Shown: in pieces, positions 49,553 through 61,689 of the stretch
How the letters are laid out: the number at the start of each line of letters is the position of its first letter
Numbering within the stretch: position 1 is the stretch's first letter
Source: Piromyces finnis finn
Taxonomy: Eukaryota; Fungi; Neocallimastigomycota
DNA length: 64,000 bases
Reading direction: 5' to 3'
Assembly: GCA_002104945.1 (NCBI GenBank)
Contig: MCFH01000007.1
Span: forward strand, 1,183,294-1,247,293
Made by a program: the position numbers and the translations under genes
Notes under the pieces: model-generated
What the model was told of the DNA's origin: nothing
The model's database searches: none
The model's input: only the letters and a program-made list of their open reading frames with translations

Positions 49553-52349
49553 TTTTATTTCCTTTTTATTATTTATATATATCTTATATACTTTTACAAA
49601 TTATTTATTTATTTTTTTTTTTATATTTTCTTGCCTATAATAATAATAGATTTTGATAAAATTAAATATTTTGTATTTATTAATTAAAAAAATAAGTAAC
49701 ATTTATTACAGTTCTATAATTTATGTATATGTTTACATTATAAGAAATATTTTAACTTTTTTTAAATTTTTTAAAAAAGTAGTCTGAGTTTTAAAATACT
49801 ATATAAAATATTTATTCTTTATTATTTCATTTATACATTTTTATTTGATTTTTATGTTAATATTAATTAATTAAATATAATAATGATAACTTTTTTATAT
49901 TAAATGTCTTTTAATGTGAAAATAGAAAAGAAGTTTTATAAAAAATTAAATAATCTTTCATTTTTAGTTAATAATTTTCTTTCCACTTAAATTAATATAA
50001 ACTAATAATATGAAAAATGATGTTTAAACAGAATGATATTATGTACATTTTAAAATTAAAGTAATTCCGATAAAATGATCTTCTTATATGATTATTAAAA
50101 AGAATATTTATCATATATTTATATATTAAATTTTTTAATCTATTCAATTATTAAAAATATAAGTACCTACAGAATTTTCATTTTCATTTTTTTTTTTTTT
50201 TTAAAAACATGATATTACAAGAAGTATAAATATAAATAAAATCATCCTTACTCAGTATAATAGAATAATAAGTTCTAATTTTTTTAAATATACAACATTA
50301 ATATTAAAATGTATTATACATATGATAAAGACTGTTATTAACAAAATTAAAGTTATCTTTCCAGATCATTTTATTTGCTAAATATTACAAATAAGGACTT
50401 AATATTATTTGATAAAATTACACAAAATTTTATTGGATATTTATTAACACATAATGTGTTAACTTTTATCAATAACAAAATTTTATTAAATTTTAAACAT
50501 AAATAATAATCCATTTTTATGAGGATGAATTAAATAAAAAAAAATGATAAGTCAAAATTTCATTGGTTAACAGTTAATTAAATTACAAAAAAAAGAATAT
50601 TACAAATTATTAGTTAATAAATACATTATGATAAGTAAATAGATGTAATATTAATTTAATATGACTTTATTAAGCTTTTAATAAAAAAATAATCATATTT
50701 TAGCTTATTAGCAATTTACCTATATATATAACTTAAATTTACATATACAAAATACAAAAGTAAGTAAAAATAAAAGATACTTTTTTCATACAGCTACTTG
50801 GTGGCTTGATTTATAATTTTTTCCATAATTATAAAAATTTTAAAATTTTTAGATCTTGAACTTAAAACATGAATTATATGGATAAAGTTTTATAATACTA
50901 TTTTTTATATTTATTTTATTTATTATTCCAACCTAATGACATACAATTAATTATGCAAATAAAAATCAATTAGATTATTATAGAAAGTCAACATCCATAA
51001 ACCATATAATTTATATCATTCTTTTTAATTTTTAGAAAATAAAAATACTTATAATTGTATATTTAAAGTAATATATTGTAAATATATTTATTAAATGAAT
51101 AGGTTTTAAGTGATATTAAAATGTAAATCTATGATATTACAATTAGTATTGCAAAAAAAGCAGCCAATATATTTTTTGAATCAAAGATTTGATTGAATTT
51201 CTATAATTAATAAAGTTCCCATTAAATTAAAAGCTTAATTACTTTATTTTAATTAAATTAAATTAATATACATTATGTTTTAATATATAAAAGGATATAT
51301 AAATAATATAATACGATATTACAAAAAAGTTTGAAATAAATAATAATAATAAAAATCAAATTAAAGAAATTTTTATTTAATCATATTAATATTTATATAT
51401 AATAGGAATATATAATAATATTTATTATTATTAAATAAAATAAAATATAAGTATATTATATTAACAATAAGCAAATTAATTTTTTTATACAAAATATTTT
51501 ATATTATTAATTATTTAATTGATTTTAATAATATAATATAATATAATATATCATATGAAATAATAATCTATAAATTAGTTATATATAACCATTACATTAT
51601 CATATTTAATAGATAAAAAATAAAACAATTGATAGAATTATAAATAATGAATAAAGGAATATATTATTAATTATATAAATCATTTATTATTATATTAATT
51701 TTGTAATTCGTTTTTTTTAAACTTAATTTTTTTTGTTTTTATGGATTTGTTTGATTACTAACAATTATTGTTAGTGGTGCTCTATACCACCAAGTTTATA
51801 AATTATTTTTTTTTAAAAATACTAGATTTTTATTTATATTAATTAGAAAATATAGAAAATTTTATTATTAATACTTAATAATACAAGGGAACATATATAA
51901 AATATAAAGAGTATTAAATAGAATTGTAGTGAAATAGCAAAATTAAAAAAGATTATTATTCATCATGTAAATATGATTATCCATTTCACTAGTAATTTTT
52001 CCCAATCACTTTTTAGTTTATCATATATAAAAATTTCATGATTGGATATAATTAAATATTATTGGTGTATTTATCACATTTTGTAATTTTAATACAATAT
52101 ATAATATTGTCTAAATAAAATATTTGGAAATCAAATTTTTTATTTAAAAGGATAAAAATTACCCTTTTTTTGTTTTTTTTCTTCACAGAAAATTAATTTG
52201 TAAGTGAAGTATAAATAGCATATATTAAGATTAGAAAAAGTTATAAGTAGTTTATTAAAAATGAATATTGATATTAATGAGTATTTATTATAAAAATTAT
52301 AAACAATATATTTTATATTTATATAGATTTATTAATTCATAAATAAGCA

Positions 52350-53717
52350 ATGGCTGAAACTTTCCTTTTTACTTCTGAATCTGTTGGTGAAGGTCACCCA
52401 GGTAAATATTTAAATCAGTAAATAAATTAATATTATTAAAAAGAAAAAAAAAAAGTCAATAATTGAATATATGTATAAAAGCAAAGTATATTAATAAATA
52501 TTAATATTAATATTAAATAGATAAGATCTGTGATCAAATTTCTGATGCTATTCTTGATGCCTGTCTTGCTCAAGATAAGTTCTCTCACGTTGCTTGTGAA
52601 ACTGGTGAGTTTATTAAAATGAAAAATATTAAGAATTTCTAGTAATAATTAAATGAAAATATATTAATAAAAATTTAATTATTGTTATCAACATAACACA
52701 GCTGCCAAGACTGGTATGATTATGGTCTTTGGTGAAATTACCACTAACGCTCAAATTGATTTCCAAAAGGTTGTCAGATCTGCTATTAAGAAGATCGGTT
52801 ATGATGATTCTTCCAAGGGTTTCGATTACAAGACTTGTAACGTTTTAGTTGCCATTGAACAACAATCTCCAGATATTGCTCAAGGTCTTACTCAAGTTTC
52901 CACTAACGTCGAAGATATTGGTGCTGGTGACCAAGGTATTATGTTTGGTTACGCTACTGATGAAACTCCAGAATTAATGCCACTTTCTCACATGTTAGCT
53001 CACAAGCTTAACCTTAAGTTAGCTGAACTCCGTAGAGATGGTACTCTTCCATGGTTACGTCCAGATACCAAGACTCAAGTTACCGTTGAATACAAGATTG
53101 AAAACGGTGTTACTACTCCATTAAGTGTTCACAATGTTGTTATTTCTACTCAACATGCTCCAGAAATTACTACTGAAGAATTACGTAAGGAACTTGTTGA
53201 AAAGGTTGTTAAAACTGTTATTCCAGCCAACTTATTAACTGAAAAGACTATTTACCACATGCAACCATCTGGTAAGTTCATTATTGGTGGTCCACAAGGT
53301 GATGCTGGTCTTACTGGTCGTAAGATTATTGTCGATACTTACGGTGGTTGGGGTGCTCACGGTGGTGGTGCCTTCTCCGGTAAGGATTGGTCTAAGGTTG
53401 ACCGTTCTGCTGCTTACGCTGCTAGATGGGTTGCTAAGTCTTTAGTTAATGCTAAGTTATGTCGTCGTTGCTTAGTTCAAATCTCATACGCTATTGGTGT
53501 TTCTGAACCATGCTCTATCTTTGTTGATACCTACGGTACTGGTGTTAAGTCCAATGCTGAAATCTTAGAAATCATTAAGAAGAACTTCGATCTCCGTCCA
53601 GGTGTTATTGTTCAAGAACTCGATCTCTGGAGACCAATTTACCAAGAAACTGCTTGTTACGGTCACTTCGGTCGCTCTCAATTCACTTGGGAACAACCAA
53701 AGGAACTTAAGTTCTAA
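52350..53717 (+). CDS. SAM1: S-adenosylmethionine synthetase, 3 exons (52350-52401, 52521-52604, 52702-53717)
   Basis: [33 protein letters not shown]..., [51 protein letters not shown] and YGHFGR. Strong AAG/GGT/TTC codon bias suggests high expression. Confidence 0.98.
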
Positions 53718-54314
53718 GTTAACAATGTGGAACTCATTAATTAATAATATAATACATACAGATCATTATGAAAATATAAAGAGGTTTCAACATTTCTTTA
53801 TACTATCTTTAAAAAAATACAAAAGATACAAACAAAAAGCTATTTCATTTTTCAATTAATATTTTATTAAATTAATTTATTAAAAAATTATGTATATTTT
53901 CATATTTAATATTAATCATAAATAATAGCAATTTTTTTTAGATATAAAATGTAAAAAATTAAAAAATTTTGAAATAGAAGTTAAAAGTAAATATAAAATT
54001 CATCCTTTAATATTTTGAAGTTGCAAATAAGAACAACATGCAAAATAAAAATGTAAATTTAGAATAAATTTAAAGGATGGAAAATGAGAATAACTAACTT
54101 TAAAAAATTTGCAAATATATTAAAAAAACAAAAAAAAAAACGAAAAACAAATAAAAATAAAAATATATAAATATAATAAATATAATAAATAATTGTTATT
54201 AGAGAGCTTTGTGTTTAAATAAGAAAAAATAAAAGTTTAAAACTATTTATAATTATGAAATCAATATTAAAATTACTTGAAATGTTAGTTTTTAAAATCA
54301 ATATAGATTAGTTT

Positions 54315-54394
54315 ATGTTCCGTTCACAGGATTCAATGTTAGTATCTCTTCGAATAAAAACATTATGAGCTCATTGGTTAGTTTAGTAGATGCC
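54315..54394 (+). mobile_element. Short 3' fragment of LINE subfamily B
   Basis: Near-identical to 61217-61296 (ATGTTCCGT.CACAGG.TTCAATGTTAGTAT.TCTTCGAAT.AAAACATTATGA.CTCAT). Confidence 0.8.
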
Positions 54395-54512
54395 ATTCCA
54401 TTTGATAAAAATTTGTCCCTTAAACCAGCTATTAAAAGCTCTTTGTGTATGATTATTCTAGTGTGTGAAGTAAAATATTTAAATTCCTTCTTGAGGGAAG
54501 AAGTTTTAACAA
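54395..54512 (+). mobile_element. Left part of an older, internally deleted subfamily-A LINE copy, interrupted by the younger insertion
   Basis: 54395-54443 matches element positions ~58676-58722 and 54444-54512 matches ~59756-59823. The same copy continues at 60358. Confidence 0.8.
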
Positions 54513-54653
54513 AACTATAGACACTTTTTCAAGAAAGCTGACGAATCAGTTCCGGGAATGAGAGGTTTATATTTAGGTTTTCACAATTCGTGTCAAGCTT
54601 CACTTGAAAACTTCTCTGGAAAGTATATTATTTCTATTTATACTTTTAGTCTC

Positions 54654-55006
54654 TGGACCCCTCTTGGGAACGTGCCTTCATTTATTTAATAAATGTAGTT
54701 TCTCAAGGGGGTCTACTCATGCTCATGGTACTGAGAGAGTAGAAAGAATTAAATCCAAGTATTGCGCAATGGATGCTTGGTGCCCTCTTAGGAACGTGCC
54801 TTCATTTATTTAATAATGGAGTTTATCAAGGGGGTCTACTCATGCTCATGGTACTGAGAGAGTAGAAAGAATTAAATCCAAGCATTGCGCAATGGATGCT
54901 TGGTTAGTCTTTAAGGGAAAATTATTAGGACTAAGCTCATGGTACTGAGCGATTAAAAAACATTTTATTCATCGAATTAAGTATTTGATGAATAAGTTGA
55001 ATGTTT
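54654..55006 (+). repeat. Two tandem ~123-bp monomers plus a divergent third module at the LINE 5' end, hairpin-rich
   Basis: GCTCATGGTACTGAG occurs at 54721, 54844 and 54935. Monomers 54654-54777 and 54778-54903 are nearly identical. Confidence 0.9.
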
Positions 55007-55015
55007 GATATTCAG

Positions 55016-55356
55016 GTAAGTTTGTATAGTATTTAATTAGAAGAGTAATACATTTTGTTGCTGTATTTTTTCTTTTATTCATGTATTCATGTAGTACTAC
55101 TCTTCTCTTGTAAGAATCCAATGTAGTCAACTTTAGCATTTGCATTGTACTTTTATATTCATGTAGCTATTGTTGTATTGTTTCTTGTAAGAGACTGATT
55201 CACTCTACATCATGTAAAAATACTATTCACAAGCTTTCTGGTGTCGACATTCTTGATTCAAATTTTTTACCAATTTAAATATTTAATGAAAAGTAAAGTC
55301 AAACAAGTTTAGTGTCAAAAAGCGATTCGAATTTACTAACAACAAACCAAAACTAG
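55016..55356 (+). other. Putative spliceosomal intron in the LINE 5' leader (341 nt)
   Basis: CAG|GTAAGT at 55015/55016, TACTAAC at 55334-55340 and CTAG| ending at 55356, upstream of ATG 55552. Confidence 0.55.
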
Positions 55357-55551
55357 AATTTTTAAAGAAAATTTACAACTAGAATTCAAAAAAAAAAAAA
55401 AAACTTTAAACAAAGCATCGTAACAATTTTTGTACTATCCAGTACTTTTAAGAAGAGAGAGAGAGACAGATTTTTTTTCCATACACGTTATATTTATAAT
55501 TTTTATTAGTATTTATTTTATATTCAATATTTTTAATTAGAATTTATTATC

Positions 55552-58500
55552 ATGTCAGTCCTTTATATTAAAGACAAGAATTATATCAGACGTGGTACCC
55601 GGTCTTATGGTATCCCCTTAAATGATATTCGCTCCTTCTTTATCCGTGGTATTCGATCATGGTCAGTAAATATGCTATGGGAAAAACTCGAGGTTATTCT
55701 AGAAGATAAATTTAATTCAGTTATTAGTGTTAAATATTTTCAGACTTTCAATGATCACTTTTTCTTAGTCAAGGTTCATGGTTCATCGAAAGATTGTATT
55801 AAAATCTTACACATGTTAAAGAAGAAACTTTCAGTTACCTCAATTTCCTTTTCAGCTCGTAGTAGAAGGAATCACAAATACACTTTTTCCACTCTCAAAC
55901 GTAAAATTTTAGTTTCTAATAAACATCAACATTCTATTCAACAATCATTTCAACAATCAGTTCAACAATCTCATCAACAATCCGATCTTCAACTAGATCT
56001 TCAACAAGATCTTCAACAAGTTTCCAATCATGAAAATATTCCAGATCTACAGCAAACACAATTTCAATCTCAACATTCAACAATTAATTCTAATAGCTCT
56101 ATCAACTCTGATAACAGTTCAATAGTTGATAGTTCTTCAGTTTCACAGCCATCTAGTAATAGTTCTACTTATTCCTCTGATGCATCATCCATTAATAACG
56201 ATGACTTTAATAATAATAATAATAGCAACGATTCTTCCTCATCCAACAAGCCTGATAACTTTTCTTTTTGTCTTAGTTGGAACACCAATGGGTGGAATCA
56301 CGAAAAGAGAGATAGTATTAGCTATTTCACAGCTATTTTCAAACCATTATTTTTATGTTTCCAAGAAACTGGTAATGGTTCTGGTTCGAATACAGATTAT
56401 CCTTGTCGTGTTACTTTGCGAAACTATAGACACTTTTTCAAGAAAGCTGACGAATCAGTTCCAGGAATGAGAGGTTTATATTTAGGTTTTCACAATTCGT
56501 GTCAAGCCTCACTTGAAAACTTCTCTGGAAAGTATATTATTTCTATTTATACTTTTAGTCTCTGGAATAGATTCAAATGCTCGATTGGAAATGTTTATAT
56601 GCCTCATAGTCATCACAACATCTATGTTGATCATGCAAAGTTAGAAGTTCGCTTGTGGTTACAAACTCATTCATCCCATCCATCGATTCTTGTTGGTGAT
56701 TTTAATATGTCTAAAGTAAAATTATCCAACTGGTTATCAACTAATGGATTAGGAGATTGGGAAATTCTTCCGCTTAGAGGGTCTACTATCTCTTGGACTC
56801 GAGGTGATCAATCTTCCGACATTGACCATGCTCTTATCAATTCGAAGATGAAAGATCTTATTCACTCAGGATCATTTATAAATAATTTTTATCCTGTGTC
56901 AGACCATAAGCCACTTCTTATTAATGGTAAAATTATTCCTATGGAAGATTTTTCTAATGACTTTAATGTTCCTAAGAAAATTCTGAAATGGAATAGATTA
57001 AAATGTATTGAGGAAAAGGAATCTATTCTCAGTCATAATAAATTCCAAATACTTTCAGCAAAATTCAACGATCCTAATGTTTCTACAGATGAACTTTCCA
57101 AAGAGTTTACTTCAACTGCTTTTTCAATTGCAGACGAGCTCAGTATTACTTCAGCAAATAATGTTATAAAGTCTTCATTTCATATTTCACAACAAATTTT
57201 TAATCTTCAAAAAATCAAAATGAAGTTGTATAAGAGATTTAAAAAAGAAAGAATTTATGATATAGATGAATTTATTAAAAGAATTAAAATCTACCGTAAA
57301 CTCATTGATTACATCCACAAAAGATGTAATGAATTTAGGAAGCAAGAATATCTTCATTGGATTAAAACAGGATGTGAGTATATGAAGAGTCATAATCCTA
57401 AGAAGGCCTGGAAATGGATCAAGAAAACTGCAAAAATTGGAAAAGATTCTTTCTTTATTGCTCAACCAATTAAAAATAAAAATGGAGAATTAGTTGTTGC
57501 TACAGAAGAACAACTAGATGTGTGGCATGATCATTTCGAAAATCTTGCATCAGACCCAAGTGGTATAAGTCTTGATTTGGAGCATTGGTATGAAGAACCA
57601 ACGAATAAACGTTTTTCACTTCCTATGCTTGATGAGTGGGATATCAACCAAGATATTAGTATTGATGAAGTCAAGTCAGCTATCCTCACTACTCCAAATT
57701 ATAAAGCATCAGGTCCGGATGGTATTCCAATTGAATTTTACAAAGCATTAGTTCCATCAAGTAATGATTCTAATAATGCTACAGATAATAATTCTTCTGG
57801 TAATGCTACTTCAGATAATGATGCTCATGGTTTAAATTTTATTCTTAAATTATTCAACCGTATTTGGGATGGAGATTTCCCCAACTCATGGAATGAATCC
57901 AGTATTGTTTCTATTCCTAAGAAGGGAGATTTGACAGATTGTGATAACTATCGAGGTATATCACTTATCAATAATGGTATTAAGTTGATTTCCAAAATTG
58001 TCACCACTAGAATCTCAGAATATGGTTTAAAGAATAATTTCATTAGACCTGAACAATTTGGTTTTCGAAAAAAGGAAGAAAGTATTAGTCTTTTCATTTC
58101 AATCCAAGAAATATGCCGTAGACGTCAATTAGATAATAAAGAGACATATTTGGCCTTTTTAGATCTCAGGAAAGCATACGATTCAGTCCCAATCGGTAAT
58201 ATTCTCCATAAATTAGATTGTTTAGGAATCCGAGGTAAGAGTCTACAATTTATCAAAAATTTATATTTAACATCTAAGGCTAATGTCAAATTAGATGGAC
58301 AATTCTCGAAATCTTTTGATGTGAAGAAAGGAGTCCGTCAAGGTTGCCCTCTTTCTCCTATTCTCTTTAATCTCTTTATTAATGATATATTTAGAGAGTG
58401 CGAAGATCTAGGAGTCAGTTTAGGTGACACTCGATGCTGTGGTGGACTTTTTGCAGATGATATAGTTATTTGTGCTCCAACAAGAGGATGCTTAAAAAAG

Positions 58501-60073
58501 ATGCTTAGAAGAGTTAATGAATGGGCCTTGTATAATGAAATGGAATTTGGTATCCAGAAATGTTCAACGATGGTGATTCGTCCTGAATCAATAGAAAATC
58601 AGAACAAGAGAGATCCAACATTTTACTTAGCAGGACAACCCATTCCAACTACTGATTGCTATACTTATCTTGGTGTTCCATTTGATAAGAATCTGTCCCT
58701 TAAACCAGTAATTAAAGCTCTTAATAACAAGGTTTTGAAAGGGCTTTTCTCAGTCAGTAAATTCTTAAGAAATCCTAATATTCCTATTCCTTTCAAAAAA
58801 CTAGTACTTAACTCACAAGTGATTAGCAGAGTTTCATACTTTGCACCATTACTTGGATCCAACAAAGCTAGGTCTAGAATTGCTCAGAAGCATGTTAACA
58901 AAGGAATACGATGGGTTGCCGGAGTTCATAAAGCTGTATCGTTTATATCTTTATACTCTATTTCAAAAGATTTGAATATTCCTCCACTGTCAGCCAAATG
59001 TGCGTTAGCTCAGGTTAGATGTTTTAACAAATGGAAAAACTCAAATTGTATTATCTCACACCTTGTCAATTACATTCCTAAATTTAGAAAATACACGTGG
59101 TGCAAATCAAGTAGGACACTTGATAAAAAATTAAAGAAACATGGAGATGTTAAAGCAGTTAAAAACTTTTATTGGAAAGATCTCAAAGGGAATTCAATCA
59201 AAGCGCAATATTATGATGATAATAAATTTATTGAAACTAAAGATTTTATTAAATTATGTTATGAGTACCCAGAGTTTGCCTATGGCTTCTACTGGCTATT
59301 GAAAGCAAGAAGCGGATACAAGTTGGATGCTAGAGTTGCCAAAGCTGCCAAATTTGTTGATCCAGTTTGTCCTAACTACTGTCCATGTTGCAAGTGTGGA
59401 GATCAAAGTATTAAACATTGGTTATTAGATTGTCCAACATTTAGAGATATCCGTATTAAACATTATGATTCCATAGTCCAGCTATTAAATTTTTTCAGTC
59501 AACGTAATTCCAATAGTCCTATCAATAATAATGAAATTGATAATATCAGTAGAGATAGTAATAACATTAATAGTAATAGTAACAATAGTAGTAATAACAA
59601 TAGTAATAGTAACAATAGTAATAGTAACAATAGTAATAATAAAATAATAGAAATAATAATATTAGTAATGATAGCAATAGTGAAGATAATAATTCTAATT
59701 TAGATAGTAATTTAGTTAATGATAGTAATAGTTCTAATAATCCGGTGAATATTAATGTGTATGATTATTCTAGTGTGTGCAGTAAAATATTTAAATTCCT
59801 TCTTGGGGGAAGAAGTTTTAACAATATTAATTACAATTCAAGGGAATGGAAAGAACTTTGTAAGCGTCAGATTCAATCTGGTACTAATGAAGGAACACCA
59901 TTCTTGACGGTAACCGCGGAACTTCTAACCAAAATCATGCCTTTTGCTATTGGCCAGCAATGGTCAATGTTCAAAAGGTTTGAAGCAACATCCAAGAGCG
60001 TCAATGTGAAGAAACAGTAAGACAGGCCAGGAGGGCCAGCGCAACCAATGGAGATCATAATTTTGTTCCATGA
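55552..60073 (+). CDS. LINE polyprotein: N-terminal RRM-like region, Q/S/N linker, AP endonuclease, reverse transcriptase, CCHC knuckle; two apparent 1-nt deletions near the C-terminus
   Basis: APE motifs SWNTNG, FQET, GNVYMP, VGDFN, IDH and SDHKP. RT motifs KASGPDGIP, PKKGD..DCDNYRGISL, QFGFR, FLDLRKAYDSV, GVRQGCPLSP.LFN, LFADD and YTYLG. Knuckle CPCCKCGDQSIKHWLLDC. The frame shifts at ~59641-59643 (continuing as ORF 59745-60020) and at ~60004 relative to the copy at 60358. Confidence 0.92.
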
Positions 60074-60309
60074 CAAAATTTTGATCTTTGGCTCGGTGTC
60101 CCATTGGAAGTCAAATACAATTATTATACTTTAGTATGATAGTGGCTTTCTTACTTTAATTAAAATTACTAGAATACATTATACCCAAATTTTTATTCAT
60201 TTGTGTTTATTTAAACATATTTTTTTTATTTTTATTTATTTTTTTAATTTTTTATTACATGTATTATAATTTTAATTAATTAATAATAAAGTTTAAAATA
60301 TTTGATGCC

Positions 60310-60357
<48 letters not shown>

Positions 60358-60359
<2 letters not shown>

Positions 60360-60819
60360 AGTTTTAACAATATCAATTACAATTCAAGGGAATGGAAAGA
60401 ACTTTGTAAGCGTCAGATTCAATCTGGCACTAACGAAGGAACACCATTCTTGACGGTAACCACGGAACTTCTAACCAAAATCATGCCTTTTGCTATTGGC
60501 TAGCAATGGTCAATGGTCAAAAGGTTTGAAGCAACATCCAAGAGCGTCAATGCTGAAGAAACAGTAAGACAGGCCAGCAGGCCAACGCAACCAATGGAGA
60601 TCATAATTTTGTCCTATGATAAAATATTAATCTTTGGCTCGTTGTCCCATTGGAAATCAAATAGTATAAACTAGAATACATTTGTGTTTATTTAAACATA
60701 TTTTTTTATTTTTATTTTAAATTTTGCTTTTTTATAACATGTATTATAATTTAATTAAATTAATAGAAAAGTTTAAAAATATTTGATGCCATTAAAAAAA
60801 AAAAAAAAAAAAAAAAAAA
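60358..60819 (+). mobile_element. Right part (3' end and poly(A)) of the older subfamily-A LINE copy
   Basis: Highly similar to 59811-60312 with scattered substitutions and indels; ends in a 26-nt poly(A) at 60794-60819. Confidence 0.9.
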
Positions 60820-61400
60820 TTTAGAATGCCCTGTATTCTCTGAATACAGAGCTTCTTCACTCAGCTTTCTTGACGATCTTTTTACTCTTTTTTCAAAATA
60901 AATACAAAAATCAATTCATCACTTACTTACTCCCTGAAACGAAAGTGAGAAAAACAATTTATAACTATATTTTTACGTTCCTTCTTGGTAGAACTTTAGC
61001 TACAAATCGATAAGGCGGAACAAAGACATTTGAATGAACAGCCTTACAGTTCATCGGGGTCTCATGTTCCATATGTAGAAGGTCCCGCGGCTTTTCTTAC
61101 TAAAACAATCCTTACCATTAGTAGCTCTATGAAGCTACTTTTTGATAGGTTTAGTAAGACACCTAACGTAATCAAGAGCGCCGACGTTATACCGATATGA
61201 CAAAGGAACATTCCTAATGTTCCGTACACAGGGTTCAATGTTAGTATTTCTTCGAATGAAAACATTATGAACTCATGGGAGAGTTTAGTGGACACCACAC
61301 TATCATACCTGATTTTACTTCTCTTTTTTATTTCATTTAATTTATTAGGTAGGGACCAATCTCACACAATACGAATTTCAGAGTTCATTGAACTTTTATG
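60820..61400 (+). mobile_element. Degraded 3' fragment of a divergent LINE subfamily B
   Basis: Broken translation LECPVFSEYR...IFTFLLG...PYVEGPAAFLTKTI...LLFDRFSKT parallels element A's LDCPTFRDIR...IFKFLLGG...PFLTVTAELLTKIM...SMFKRFEAT. Confidence 0.7.
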
Positions 61401-61418
61401 CAACTTTAATAATTATTT

Positions 61419-61567
61419 TAAAATTACTAGAATACATTATACCCCAATTTTTATTCATTGTGTTTATTTAAACATATATTATTTTTATTTTTTTATTTTT
61501 AATTTTTAATTTTGCTTTTTTATAACATGTATTATAATTTTCATTAAATTAATGACGTTAAAAAAAA
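61419..61567 (+). mobile_element. Short subfamily-A 3' UTR tail ending in a short A-tract
   Basis: TAAAATTACTAGAATACATTATACCC...ACATGTATTATAATTT...GTTAAAAAAAA matches 60161-60320. Confidence 0.75.
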
Positions 61568-61689
61568 GATTCTATGAAAAAAAAAAATAATTTAGTAAAA
61601 ATTTAATTGTTCAAATATCTTCATTAATTTTCAATAATTGTTTATTTAAAGTTGTTTGAACATTTTAAATGATTCTTGTTTATTGCATA

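Larger units (their letters stand above)
54513..60357 (+). mobile_element. Near-full-length non-LTR retrotransposon (LINE, APE + RT + CCHC) with poly(A) tail, bounded by a target-site duplication
   Basis: (AA)GAAGTTTTAACAA occurs at 54498-54512 and again at 60356-60370 directly after a 45-nt poly(A) (60313-60357). The element contains the 5' monomers, a leader, the ORF and a ~240-290 nt 3' UTR. Confidence 0.9.

Noticed and set aside
50700-51200. Possible pseudogene remnant upstream of SAM synthetase
   Set aside because: All frames have multiple stops and no recognisable motif.
51290-51298. Another ATATCCTTT (minus strand), and ATATCCTTCC near 45907 (plus strand), resembling U12 donors
   Set aside because: No flanking coding exon or U12 branch site could be found.
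54604-54813. 69-aa ORF in the LINE leader
   Set aside because: It crosses the junction between the duplicated endonuclease fragment (off-frame) and the monomers, so it is most likely a chance ORF in GC-richer DNA.
54654-54950. Tandem monomers as a CRISPR array or as hammerhead, pistol or HDV ribozymes
   Set aside because: Eukaryotic context, only 2-3 units and no unique spacers. There is no CUGANGA/GAAA core on either strand, the pistol GCG after the pseudoknot strand is absent, and no HDV nested double pseudoknot could be built.
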